From: Pristiophorus japonicus
Lineage: Eukaryota
DNA: 64,000 bases
Reading direction: 5' to 3'
Assembly (NCBI RefSeq): GCF_044704955.1
Contig: NC_091980.1
Coordinates: 129,208,001-129,272,000, forward strand
The notes under the pieces are model-generated. The model did no database searches. It was not told the DNA's origin and saw only the letters and a list, made by a program, of their open reading frames with translations. This document shows, piece after piece, positions 15,661 to 29,990 of this stretch (its first letter is position 1; every line of letters starts with the position of its first letter). The position numbers and the translations under genes were made by a program.

Positions 15661-17479
15661 ACTGACTGGATGAAGCTTATTGTGCTTAGTACTTGTATTT
15701 CTATAATTTAGACCCAGTCCTGTAGGGAATGATGGCTTGTGACTTTGTACAAAGAGCTGAGACCCATCACTGTAAATAAACTGTTCAACATTGGACTGGG
15801 TTTTGTCTCCTTGTAAATTTGAGTGGTTGCTTATTTTTTATTTAACATAACTTGGTTTACATCAAACAAGAATTAAACTGAGCTGTGCAACAGTGTGATG
15901 GCATTCAGTCCTATGAAAGTTGTTTATCCTCTAGTGTAATGCCGATTGTATTAACTGGGATATACCTGTTGTAAGATCTAAAACGTTGAAGGGTGCATTT
16001 AGACAATTGACAGCCCCATGGGATATTGGTCCAGTGACCAAAAACCTGATCAGAGGTATGTATTAAGGACGTACAGAGATGGTTAGGGAGGGATCTCCAG
16101 AGCTTGGACCTTAGATTTCTGTACAACATTACCTGGTCTCACTATCTGCTCTTACATAAATAACAATTAAATCCAACAAAATGCAAGTAGCTGTAAAATG
16201 TGTTCAACACCAGGAATGTTTTCCATTAAACCAGTTTGCACTATTTCAGTCCAGTGAAGAATAAGTCCTGGATTAGCTTCCTATTTAGTGTACCTGCCCT
16301 GTGAAGAGCAGTTTGTATTCAGTAGCTGCTACAGATCCTGTTCAGTTATCCAGGCAGTTCAGTAATGGAACTCCCAATTGCTGCTATAGGCTTTCTGTTA
16401 AGTTTTGTAGGCAGACAAGCAATGTCTCAGCACACTGAGCTCTGGGCACTACAATTGGGTGAGGAAGGAAAGCAACACGTGGCATCAGCTTGCTGTCACA
16501 GCTTCATTGGTTAGTGTGGATACCCTATGGGTGTGGTTCTGGGACAGCTTCTCTTCCGCCCGCTCCCATCATGGTTGAATAACGCACCAACACAACCTCC
16601 ATTCACATGAATAAGGAATTGGGTAAGGTATTGAAGGACTAACGGTACTCCAACAAAATATAATCCTTCTGGGATGAGTAAATATATTTCATTAATTCCA
16701 CAAAATAAAAGGCCCAAGAAGTTAAACCCATTTTTCAAATGCCCTGGCCCCAATGCCAACATTCTCAATTTTTTAGCCCACTATCAATTTGTATTTAGTC
16801 CCACTGTGCGTTATATAACCATCACCCTGGATTGGATCTCCATTTCTCTCCTTTATGGCTATGGATGGATTCAAATGTTAATGCTGCAGCTCTAAAAATC
16901 CAGTGTTTACAAGTTATTTTTAGGAATTTAGCTGAGAACTGTATTGGGTGCAATTAAATTGCCATGTACAGACATTCCAGGTTAATGTCTTAGCAACTCT
17001 CAAAAGACCCTTTGAGGTATCAATGTTACAAAATTCAAAAATTGATGAGCCACAGTTCCATGAGTCAGCCTGGGTCTGCGTGCTGATGGATTTGAAGGCT
17101 CCATGTATTCAACAAAGTCTCCAGCTCACTCGATGTGAAACTTTACAGGTGCTCATGTTTTAAGAATTACTTACAATTTACAGCACAGAGAAAGACCATT
17201 TGGGCCAACTGGCCCATGCTGTGGTTTATGCTCCATGTGAGCCTTCTCCCACCCCACTTCATCTCGACTTATTAGCATATCCTTCTATTCCTTTCTCCCT
17301 TGTGTTTATCTAGCTTCCCCTTAAATGCATCTATACTCTTTGCATTCAGAGTTATTACTACGTGTAGCTCAGTAAACGCACCACTGCTGCTGTGGATTCT
17401 CTATTAAGCTGTGTGGGCAAAGAAGTGAGTAACAGCTACAGAGACCAGCAATGTCTGAGCTCAAGGCCAGCATATATTA

Positions 17480-20400
17480 CCCGTTCCTAATTGCCCTTGA
17501 GAAGGTGCTGGTCAGCCATTTTCTTGCACCGCTGCAGTCTTGTGGTGAAGATACTTCCACAATGCTGTTAGGGAGGGAGTTTCAGGATTTTCCTCCAGTG
17601 ACGAAGAAGGAATGGTGATATATTTCCAAGTCAGGTTGGTGTGTAAGTTGGAGAGGAACTTGCAGCTGATAGTGTTCCCAAACTTCTGCTGCCCTTTTCC
17701 TTCTAGGTGTTAGAGCTTTTGGGTTGGCAAGTGCTGCTGAAAAAGCCTTGGTGAGTTGCTGCAGTGCATCTTGTCGATGGTACACACTGCAGCCATGGTG
17801 CACCGGTGGTGGAGGCAGCGAATGGTGAAGGTGATGGATGGGATGCCAATCAAGAGAGCTGCTTTGTCCTGGATGGTCTCATGCTTTTTCCGTATTGTTG
17901 AAGTTGCACTCATCCAGGTCAGTGGAGAGTATTCCACCACACTCCTGACTTGTGCCTTGTAGATGGTGGAAAGGCTTTAGGTTGTCAGGATGTGAGATAC
18001 ACACTGCAGAATACCCAGCCTCTGACCCGTTCTTGTTACCACAGTGCTTATGCAGCTGGTCTAGTTAAGTTTCTGGTCAACGGTGACCCCAGGTTTTGAT
18101 GCTTGGGAATTCAGTGACAGTGAATGCTAAGTGCAGGTGGTTAGAATCTTGCTTGTTGCAGATAGCCATGGTCTGGCATTTGTGTGGCACCATTGTTACT
18201 TGTCCCTTATCAGCCCAAGCCTGAATGTTGTCCAGGTCTTGCTGCATTTAGGCGTGGACTGCTTCATTTCTCAGGTGTTGCAAATTGAACTGACCACTGT
18301 TCAATCATCAACAAACATCTCCACTCCTGGCCTTTATGATGGAGGGATGATCATTGATGAAGCAGCATATGATAGTTGGCATAGGACACTGCCCTGAGGA
18401 ACTCCTGCAGCTATGTCCTGGGGTGAGATGATTGACCTCCAGCAATCACAACCAACTTCCTTTGTGCTAGATATGACTCCAGCTAGTGGAGACTTTTCTA
18501 TATTCGTATTGACTTCAGTTTTACGAGGGCTCCTTGATGCCGCACTCAGTCAGAAGCTGCCTTGATGTCAAAGGCAGTCACTCTCACTTCACCTGTAATT
18601 CAGCTCCTTTGTATATGTTTGGACCAAGGCTGCAATGAGATCAGGCTCCTGGCGCAACCCAAACTGGGCATCGGTGAACAGATTATTGATGAGTGCCACT
18701 GTCAACAACATCTTCCATCACCTTGCTGATAATTTGCGCACAGGAATCTCCCACAAGCAGCAAATGATAATGACTGCGAAGTCAGGTCGCTCATTGCAGT
18801 GCAGGCAGGCACAGCAGGAGGGGCAAAGAAGCGGCGAGAGTAGAAGGAAGTGACCGGGGCCCAGGAGAGGCGTGAGTCTGGGGCGCAGAAGAGGTGAGAG
18901 CCCAGGGGCAGCACAAGCAAGCCCACACTGCCATATGTGTGCACGCTCAGTTTGTGCAGCAGCACTAGTCTCCAGTTGTCTTGGGTAATCCTTGCCACTG
19001 GACCAAGACCTAGCTCTGTCAAGCCCATGTGATGGCTGGTGTGCATGGCCACCACACGTTAAAAAAATCCAAGCACAGGCATCTTCCGCCCTCCAAGATG
19101 TAGTTCAGCATCTAGAATATTAGGTCCTTCATTGAAACACCTGTGAACTCATTCCTTTTTGGCGAGGAAGCAAGTCATCCTCATTTCGAGGGTCTGCCTA
19201 TGATGATGATGAATTGACTGATGGGGCGATAATTGGCCTAAATGGATTTGTCCTGCTTTTTGTGGACAGGATGTACCTGGGAAGTTTTTCACATTGTCGG
19301 GTGCATGCTACTGTCTCTGTACTGGAACAGCTTGGCTCGAGGCGCGGCTAGTTCTGGACCATGAACCGGATAGGATGATGTCGGGGCCTATTGCATTTAC
19401 AGTATCCAGTGCACTCAGCTGTTTCTTAATATCATGTGAAGTGAATTGAATTGGATGAAGGCTGGCTTCTGTAGTGGTGGGCACTTCAGGAGAAGGCCGA
19501 GAAAAATCATCCATGAGACACTTCTGGCTGAAGGTTGTTGCAAATACTTCAGCCTTGTCTTTTGCACTCACGTGCTGGGCTCCGCCATCATTGAGGATGG
19601 GGTTATTCATGGAGCCTCCTCCCTCCATTTGTTGTTTAATCGTCCACCACCATTCATGACTGGATGTGGGGGCAGGACTACAGAGCTTTGATCTGATCCA
19701 TTGATTGTAGGATCGCTTAGCTCTGTCTGTAGCATGTTACTTTCACTGTTTAGTATGCATGTCGTCCTGAGTTGCAGCTTCCCCAGGTTGACACCTCATT
19801 TTTAGATGCAGCTGGCGTTGCTCCTGGTATCCTCATCTGCACTCCTCATTGAACTAGGATTGGTCACTTGGTTTGATTTTAAAGCTCGAGTGAGGGATAT
19901 GCTGGGCCATGTATTTACAGATTGTGGTGGAATACAACACTGCAGTTGCTGATGGGCCACAGTGCCTCATGGATGCCCCATTTTGAGCTGCTAGATCTGT
20001 TTTGAATCTATTCCATTTAACACTGAGGTTCAGCCACTCACCACGAAGGAGGGTGTCCTCAATGTAAAGACAGGACTTCGTCTCCAAGGACTGTGTAGTG
20101 GTCACTGCTACCAAAGCTGTCATGGACAGATGAATCTGTGAAAGGTAGATTGGTGAGGACGAGGTCAAGTAGGTTTTACCCTTGTGTTCGTTCTCTCACC
20201 ATCTGTCGTAAGCCCAATCAGGCAGCTATATCGTTCAGGACTCAGCCCGCTTGGTCAGTGCAACAGAGCCACTCTTGGTGATGGACATTGAAGTCCATTG
20301 CTAGTATCAGTGCTTCTTCCAAGTGGCCTTCAACATGGAAAAGTACTGATACAAGCTGAGGGAGGCTGATAGGAGGTAATCAGCAGGAGGTTTCCATGCC

Positions 20401-20620
20401 CATGCTTAACCTGAACCCATGGGACTTGATCGGCTCGAGAGTAAATTTTGAGTACTCCTACCGCTACTCCCTCCCGACTGTATACCACTGAGCTGACACC
20501 TCTGGTGGGTCTGCCCTTCCGGTGGGACAGGACATACGAAGGGATGGTGATGGAGGAATCTGGGACATTGGCTGAAAGGTATGATTCTGTGATTGTGACT
20601 ATGTCAGGCTGTTGCTTGAT
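17480..20620 (-). mobile_element. Degenerate LINE (CR1/L2-group-like, endonuclease and RT pieces), interrupted by an RTE-tailed short element
   Basis: Minus-strand ORF pieces QPDIVTITESYL (APE endonuclease), KDKAEVFATTFSQKC and MVEYSPLTWMSA (RT C-terminus). Confidence 0.75.
18745..19210 (+). mobile_element. Short non-autonomous element with an RTE-type 3' tail
   Basis: Ends GCAAGTCATCCTC...GAGGGTCTGCCTATGATGATGAT, the same tail as the RTE fragments at 20621 and 49849. Confidence 0.6.
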
Positions 20621-23600
20621 TATCATCGTCATAGGCAGTCCCTCGGAATCGAAGAAGACTTGCTTGCACTCCTGAAGTGATTTCTTTGGTGGCTGAACAG
20701 TCCAACACGAGAGCCACAGATAGTCGCTGAGGAAAGGGATTGGTGGGATTGGTTTGCCGCACGCTCTTTCCGCTGCCTGCGCTCGATTTCTGCATACTCT
20801 CGGTGATGAGTCTCGAAGTGCTCTGCACCGTCTCGGATGCACTTCCACCACTTAGGGCGGTCTTGGGCCAGGGACTTCCAGGTATCAGTGGGGATGTCGC
20901 ACTTTATCAGGGAGGCTTTGAGGGTGACCTTATCGCGTTTCCGCTGCCCACCTTTGGCTCGTTTGCCATGAAAGAGCTCTGTGTGGAGCTCTTGCTTTGG
21001 GAGTCTCGTGTCTGGCATGTGAACTATGTGGCCTGCCCAGCGGAGCTGATCGAGCGTGGTCAGTGCTTCAATGCTGGGGTGTTAGCCTGGACGAGGACGC
21101 TGATGTTGGTACGCCTGCCCTCCCAGGGGATTTGTAGGATCTGGCGGAGACATCGTTGGTGATATTTCTCCAGCAACTTAAGGTGTCTGCTGTACATAGC
21201 CCATGTCTCTGAGCCATACAGGAGGGCAGGAATTACTACGCCCTGTAGACCATGAGCTTGGTGGCAGTTTTGAGGGCCTGGTCTTGACTAGCCTGTGGGA
21301 CAGTTCTCCCCATTTTGGCACAAGATTCCAGATGTTAGTGAGGAGGACTTTGCAGGGTCGACTGGGCCGGGTGTACCATTGTCATGTCAGAAGCCGGTGC
21401 CGAGGTCGATGCCGGGTGGTCAGTCCTGATTTATTCTTATTCATGTTTCTCGTAGCGGTTTGTTACAACTGAGTGGCTTGCTAGGCCATTTCAGAGGGCA
21501 GTTAAGAGTCAACTCCATTGCTGTGGGTTTGGAATCGCATATAGGCCAGACCAGGTAAGGACGGAGATTTCCTTCCCTAAAGGCATTACTGAAGCAGATG
21601 GGTTGTTATGACAATCCGATAGCTCGCTGGGCAACATGACTGATACTAGCTTTTTATTCCAGATTTTCATTTAATTAACTGAATTTAAATTCCCCAGCTG
21701 CCGTGGTGGGACTTTGGTTCATTAGTCCAGGCCTCTGGATTACTCATCCAGTAACATAACCACTATGTTACCGCACTCTTTGCATCTCTCAATGGCACTT
21801 TTGGATTATCGATGTCACCACAACTCATACGTTGATGAGACACAATTCTACAAGTCATGTTGGGTTTTGCGTGCTGATGAGTTTGACAGCTTCATGTTTC
21901 AGATAAAACAAATTCTTCAGCTCACTCGATGTGAAAAACTTTACAGATGCCCTTGTTTTAAGAATTACATAAAATTTATAGCACAGGAAAAGGCCATTCA
22001 GTCTGGCAAATTGCAGTGGTGAGCGGTTCTTCTTGATCGTAAAACGCATCAAGGATGAGGTGAGGAACCGAATGGGACAAGATCGATTTAATTGTCTTTC
22101 AATCATGAGCATGGAGAGCGAAGTACTGAGAGGACTTGACTTCACACACTGAGCCTCCTCCCAACCTCATTTAACCCTATCAGCATATCCTGCCAATCCT
22201 TCCTCCCTCATTTATCCAGGATGTTTATCCAGCTTCCCCTAAAACACCTTCTATGCTTTTTGTCTCAACTATTCCTTTCGATAGCGAGTTAAATATTCTA
22301 AACACTCTCTGAGTAAAGAAGTTTCTTTTGAAGTCTCTCATTATTAATTCTAACTTTCTATATAATTCTATGGAGATCAGAACTGTTCACAATACTGCAA
22401 GTGATGTCTAGCCAAGGTTCTATATAAATTTAACATGCTGCACGGGGATGTGGTTCAGTTCACCTCAATTGTCTTGTCCCTGTGGCCGAGGAGCTCCTTC
22501 CGGAGTCACAGTGTGGATTTCGTCCCCTACGGGGAACAACGGACATGATCTTTGCAACCTCTGGTGGGTCTGCCCTTCCGGTGGGACAGGACATACGCAG
22601 GGATGATGATGGAGGAATCTGGGATATTGGCTGGAAGATATGATTCTGTGATTATGACTATGTTGGGTTGTTGCTTGATTAACCTGTGGGGCAGCTCTCC
22701 ACAGTTTGCCACAAGATTCCGGATGTTAGTGAGGAAGACTTTGCATTATTGACTTGGCCGGGTGTACCATTGTCAGAGGTCGGTGCCGAGGTCGATGCCG
22801 GGTGGTCGTCCTGTTTTGTTCTTAATGTTTCTCGTAGCGGTTTGTTATAACTGACTGACTTGCTAGGCCATTTCGGAGGGCAGTTAAGACTCAACCACAT
22901 TGCTGGGCTTGGAGATCCTTCCCTAAGGACATTAGTGAAGCAGATGGGTTTTTACGACAATCCGATAGGTCCCTGAGCAACATACTAGTTTTTTTATTCT
23001 AGATTTAAATTTAATTAACTGAATTTAAATTCCCCAGCTGCCGTGGTGGGTCTTTGGATCATTAGTCCAGGCCTCTATGTTACCGTATTCTTTGCATCTC
23101 TCAATGGCACATTTGGAGTATCGATGTCACCACAATTCATATGTTGATGACTCACAATTCGACAATTCAGGTTGGGTTTGTGTGCTGATGGGTTTGACAG
23201 CTTCATGTCTCAGACAAAACAAATTATTCAGCTCACTTGATGTGAAAAACTTTACAGGTGCCCATGTTTTAAGGATTACAAAGAATTTACAGCACAGAAA
23301 AAGGCCATTCAGCCTGGTAAATTGCAGTGGTGAGCGGTCCTTCTCCAACGTAAAATGCATCAATGAGGAGGTGAGGAACCGAATGAGACAAGATCGATTT
23401 AATAGTCTTTCAATCATGAGCATGGAGAGCAAAGTACTGAGAGGACTTGACTTCACACACTGAGCCTCCTCCCAACTTCATTTAACCCTATCAGCATATC
23501 CTTCCAATCCTTCCTCCCTCATGTGTTTATCCAGCTTCCCCTTAAACGCATCTATGCTTTTTGCCTCAACTACTCATTTCGGTAGCGAGTTAAACATTTT

Positions 23601-23765
23601 AAACACTCTCTGAGTAAAGAAGTTTCTCTTGAAGTTCCTCTTCGATTATTAATTCTAACTTTCTATATAATTCTATGGAGACCAGAACTGTGCACAACAC
23701 TCCAAGTGTTGTCTTGCCAAGGTTCTAGATAAATTTAACATGCTGAACAGGGATGTGGTTCAGCT
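20498..23765 (+). repeat. Local tandem duplication: unit 1 ~20498-22460 (with RTE insertion), unit 2 ~22557-23765
   Basis: CCTCTGGTGGGTCTGCCCTTCCGGTGGGACAGGACATACG at ~20499 and ~22558. Paired ORFs 21765/23077 and 21855/23127. Both units end AAATTTAACATGCTG.ACxGGGATGTGGTTCAG. Confidence 0.85.
20621..21285 (-). mobile_element. 5'-truncated RTE-clade LINE (ORF2 C-terminus and (ATG)n tail)
   Basis: ORF 20629-21018 MPDTRLPKQ.L..EL.HGKR.KGGQRKR; tail GAGGGACTGCCTATGACGATGATA. Absent from the duplicate unit at ~22680. Confidence 0.85.
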
Positions 23766-24749
23766 GCAGGCGTTCCTCACTCTGAGCTCAGAACTGTGCT
23801 AATGGCTAACCCTCATCTGTGCCTTTTTTCACTAGAATTGACTATTTCAATGCTCTCCTGCTCACCTTACATGCTCCATAAACTTAAGCTTATCCAAAAC
23901 TCTGCTGCCTGTATCCTAACACACATAACCCCTGTGATTGTGGACCATCATTGGCTCCCGGTCTGACAGCGCCTCAAATTCAAAATGTTTATCCTTGTAT
24001 TTAAATCCCACCATGGCCCCTCCCTCACCTCTTTTCCCAGCACATTGATAACATCGGTGCTGTTTCCTGCTCTCACAGTAAACTGGAAAATTTAATTCAC
24101 TACGTTTCCAATTTCTACCTTTCACTCACCTTCACATGGTCCATCTCTGTTCCTTCCCTTCCCTTTCTCAACTTCTCTGTCTCTATTTCTAGACATAGCC
24201 TATCGACAAATATCCAATGAGATGTTTGGATGTTGCTTCAAACCTGCAGATACCTGCAAATGACCAACCCACTGAACAATTCAGAACTATAAAAAATACA
24301 CTGACTTGCAAATAACAGAGGATTCAATGAATCTTTCAAGGTGGCCATTAACTGCTCCAGGCAGAGCACGGACAATGGGGTGTTATCTCTGTCTGCCTGA
24401 CTCTCTTCCGCGGCTATGTCAGTGCCCGGGTATCCCTGGAGAGGGAGCACGCGGTGTCTGCCAGTCTGCTTGAGGCTTTCCGTGACCGGTGGGCACCAGA
24501 GGGACTGCAGTGCAACGTGGATACAGGGAACTAAATTATAATTTGAAAAGTTTTTAATATTAGTTTTGTCATAATGTGGACCTTACAGTTTATTCCCCCT
24601 TATAAAGTTGGCACTTATGGTTTAAGTGTTTCTGATAGCTGATTTAATCATCCCAATTAATTAGCCCAAAGAGTAGAGGATTAATTTAAACCTGTGATTC
24701 TGAATATTTGAACTGTGTTTGAGGAAATTTCGGACAATTGAGATCCTCA

Positions 24750-24983
24750 TTGAGTTGTCAGCCAATGATTCTCACTTTTCAAAGATCTGACTGGCTCTGG
24801 GAGTGCATCCACCTCCTCCCTTTAATTGATTGGTGCTCTGAGAGGCTGCAACTTCTGATTGGATATTGAGGACTGCCACACCCTGGATTATCGCTCAGTA
24901 TTAATACAGGAGTTTGAGGTTGGTTAAATGTTATCTTGGTACTTCTACAAAGTTTATACTTCAGAAAAATAAACACCACTAAA
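24750..24983 (+). promoter_or_regulatory. Promoter and 5' UTR of ferritin C
   Basis: GCCAAT 24761, GATTGG ~24828 and ~24857, TATTAATA 24899-24906, Kozak-like AAAATGG. No C-N5-CAGUGH stem-loop. Confidence 0.6.
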
Positions 24984-27534
<2,551 letters not shown>

Positions 27535-28129
27535 CAGAAGCTTGTGTTTATATAATTGAGACTCTGACCTACTTTTGACTTAGTACAGGCTAAGAGACCT
27601 GGGCTCTTGATGTGAAATGTAATTTACAGTATTGGACTGTAAATAAACTGTCCAATATTGGATTGGTTTTGTCTCTTTGCAAGTTTGATTGGTTGCTTAT
27701 TTTCTATTTATCATAACTTGTTATAGGCCCAATATTTCACTTGGCTATGCAATAGTCTTGCCCTGGGATTCAGTCATAGAATGCTAACAGCACAGGAGGA
27801 CATTCAGCTGGTCGAGCCTGTGCTGGCTCTCAGCAAGAACACTTCAGCTAGTTCCACTCCCCTGCACTTTCCCTGTAGCCCTGCAATTTTTTTCCCTTCA
27901 GGTGCTTGTCGAATTCCATGATTCAATCTACCACTACCAGCCTCTCAGGCAGTGCAGTACAGATATTAACCACTCCCTGCATAAAAGCTTTCCTCAAGTC
28001 AGCTGTGGTTCTTCTGCCAATTGCCTTAAATCTGTCTGCTGGTTGTCTACCCTTCTGCAGGTGGGAACAGTCCTATAATTTTTTTTTTTTGCTGTGGTAA
28101 TTTCAAGATATTGACATGTATATTCATAA

Positions 28130-29990
28130 AAACATAAATAGGAGCAGTAGTAGGCCATTTGGCCCTTTAAGCCCTTCATTGCCATTCAATATGATCATAA
28201 TTGATCCTTTAACACAACACCATATTCCTGCTTTTACCCCATCGTCCTTCATGTCTTTTCTATCAAGATATCTATTTCCTTCCTAAATATATTCAGTGAC
28301 TTGGGCTCCACTGCCTTCTGTGGTCAAGAATTCCCTAGCTTCACTACCCTCTGAGTGAGTGAAAACGTCTCATTTCAGTGCTAAATTTCTTACCCCCTAT
28401 CCTGAGCTTATGCCCCTTTTTTTTAAATTCTAGACTTGCCAGCCAGGGGAACCATCCTCCCCGCATCCAGTCTATCTAACCCAGTCAGAATTTTATGTTT
28501 CAATAAGATCCCCTATCGCTCTTCTAGTGAATACAGGCCTAATTGACCCCAATCTCTCTTCATAAGACAATCCTTCCATCCCAGGAATCAGTCTGGTGAG
28601 CCTTTGCTGTGCTCTCTCTTGCTTAAAGAGACCCAAAACTGTGCACAATACTCCAGGTGTGGTCTCACCAAGGCCGTGTAAAACTGTAGCAGGACATCCT
28701 TACTCCTGTACTGGGGGAAAAATTGGAAATATTACATTTGGTTTCCTCCTCTATTTATAGATGTGATTAGCTGGGGTCCAAGCACTAATCCTTGCCCACC
28801 ACCCAGGAAAAACCTGTTTATTCCTATCAATTAACGAATTTTCAATCCATGCCAGTATCTTACCCCCAATTCTATGTGCTTTAATTTTGCATACTAAACT
28901 CTTGTGGGACTTTAACCAAGGCCTTCTGAAAATCAAAATACATTACATCCACTGGTTCTCCCTTATCTAATCTCAGTTACAGCCCAAAAAAAAACTCCAG
29001 TAGGTTTGTCAAACATGGTTTTCCTTTCATAAATTCATGTTGACTAATAATAATTTACTTTAATTCCTCTATAGCAGTATCTGCATTACCCCTTTCCTTT
29101 GTGAAAACAGATGCAAAGTATTCGTTACGAACCCTACCAACATCTTCCGCTGCCACACAAAGATTACCCTCATGTTCTCTAATAGGCCCTACCCTTTCTT
29201 TAGTTACCTTCTTACTCTTAATATATTTATAGAACATCTTAGGGTTTTCCTTAATTTTACTGGGCAAGAATTTCTCATTCTCTCTTAGCATTCCTAATAT
29301 CCTTTTTAATTTTGCCTCTTAACTTTCTATATTCCTCTAAAGATTCTAAAGTATTTAGCCGTTGATATATGACATAAGTGTCCCTTTTTTTCTTAATCGT
29401 CCACTAAGTCCCTAGACATCCAGAGGGCTCTAGAATTATTTTTCCCAGCCTTTTTCTTTAAGGGAGCATGTTTGGCCTGAGCATTCTGGAACTCCTCCTT
29501 GAATGCCTCCCACTGTTCCGACACTGATTTACACACAAGTAGCTGTTTCCAGTCCATTATGGCCAAATCATTCCTTAACTTAGCAAAATTAGCTTTTCCC
29601 CAATTTGGAACTTTTATTCTAGGCCTATTCTTGTCCTTATCCATAACCAGCTTGAATCTAACTGAATTATGGTCACTGACACCCAAGTGCTCCCCCACTA
29701 AGACCCCTTCAAACTGCCCAGCTTCATTTCCCAAAATTAAATCCAAGACTGCCCCTCTCGTGTTGGTCGTGCGACATACTGACGAAAAAAGTTCTCTTGA
29801 ATGCATCTCAAGAATTCCGCACCTTCATACCCTTCACACTAAATTTGCCCCAATCAATACTTGGATAGTTTAAAATCCCCTAATATTACTCCCGATGGTT
29901 TTAAGACTTCACAGCAATTTGCCTAAATATTTTCTCCTCTATCTCCTTCCCACTGTTTGGGGGGGTCTATAATACACACCCAGCAGTGCG
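28130..29990 (-). mobile_element. CR1-type LINE fragments: duplicated part 28130-29070 fused to a different CR1 subfamily 29070-29990
   Basis: ORFs AVLDLILGNEAGQ...GEHLGVSDHNSVRF and KIKENPKMFYKYIKSKKVTKERVGP...YFASVFTKE. Confidence 0.85.

Noticed and set aside
21855-22145. Short hAT-dimerisation-like sequence (CSGERSFS...RMRQDRFNSLSIMSMES, also at 23320-23460) as a gene
   Set aside because: Only a ~140-bp transposase-like relic inside a duplicated block, with no intact ORF or termini.
24936-24983. TTG-initiated N-terminal extension ([16 protein letters not shown]) as a signal or targeting peptide
   Set aside because: Non-AUG start very near the predicted cap, no adequate hydrophobic core, and not conserved in D, E or F.
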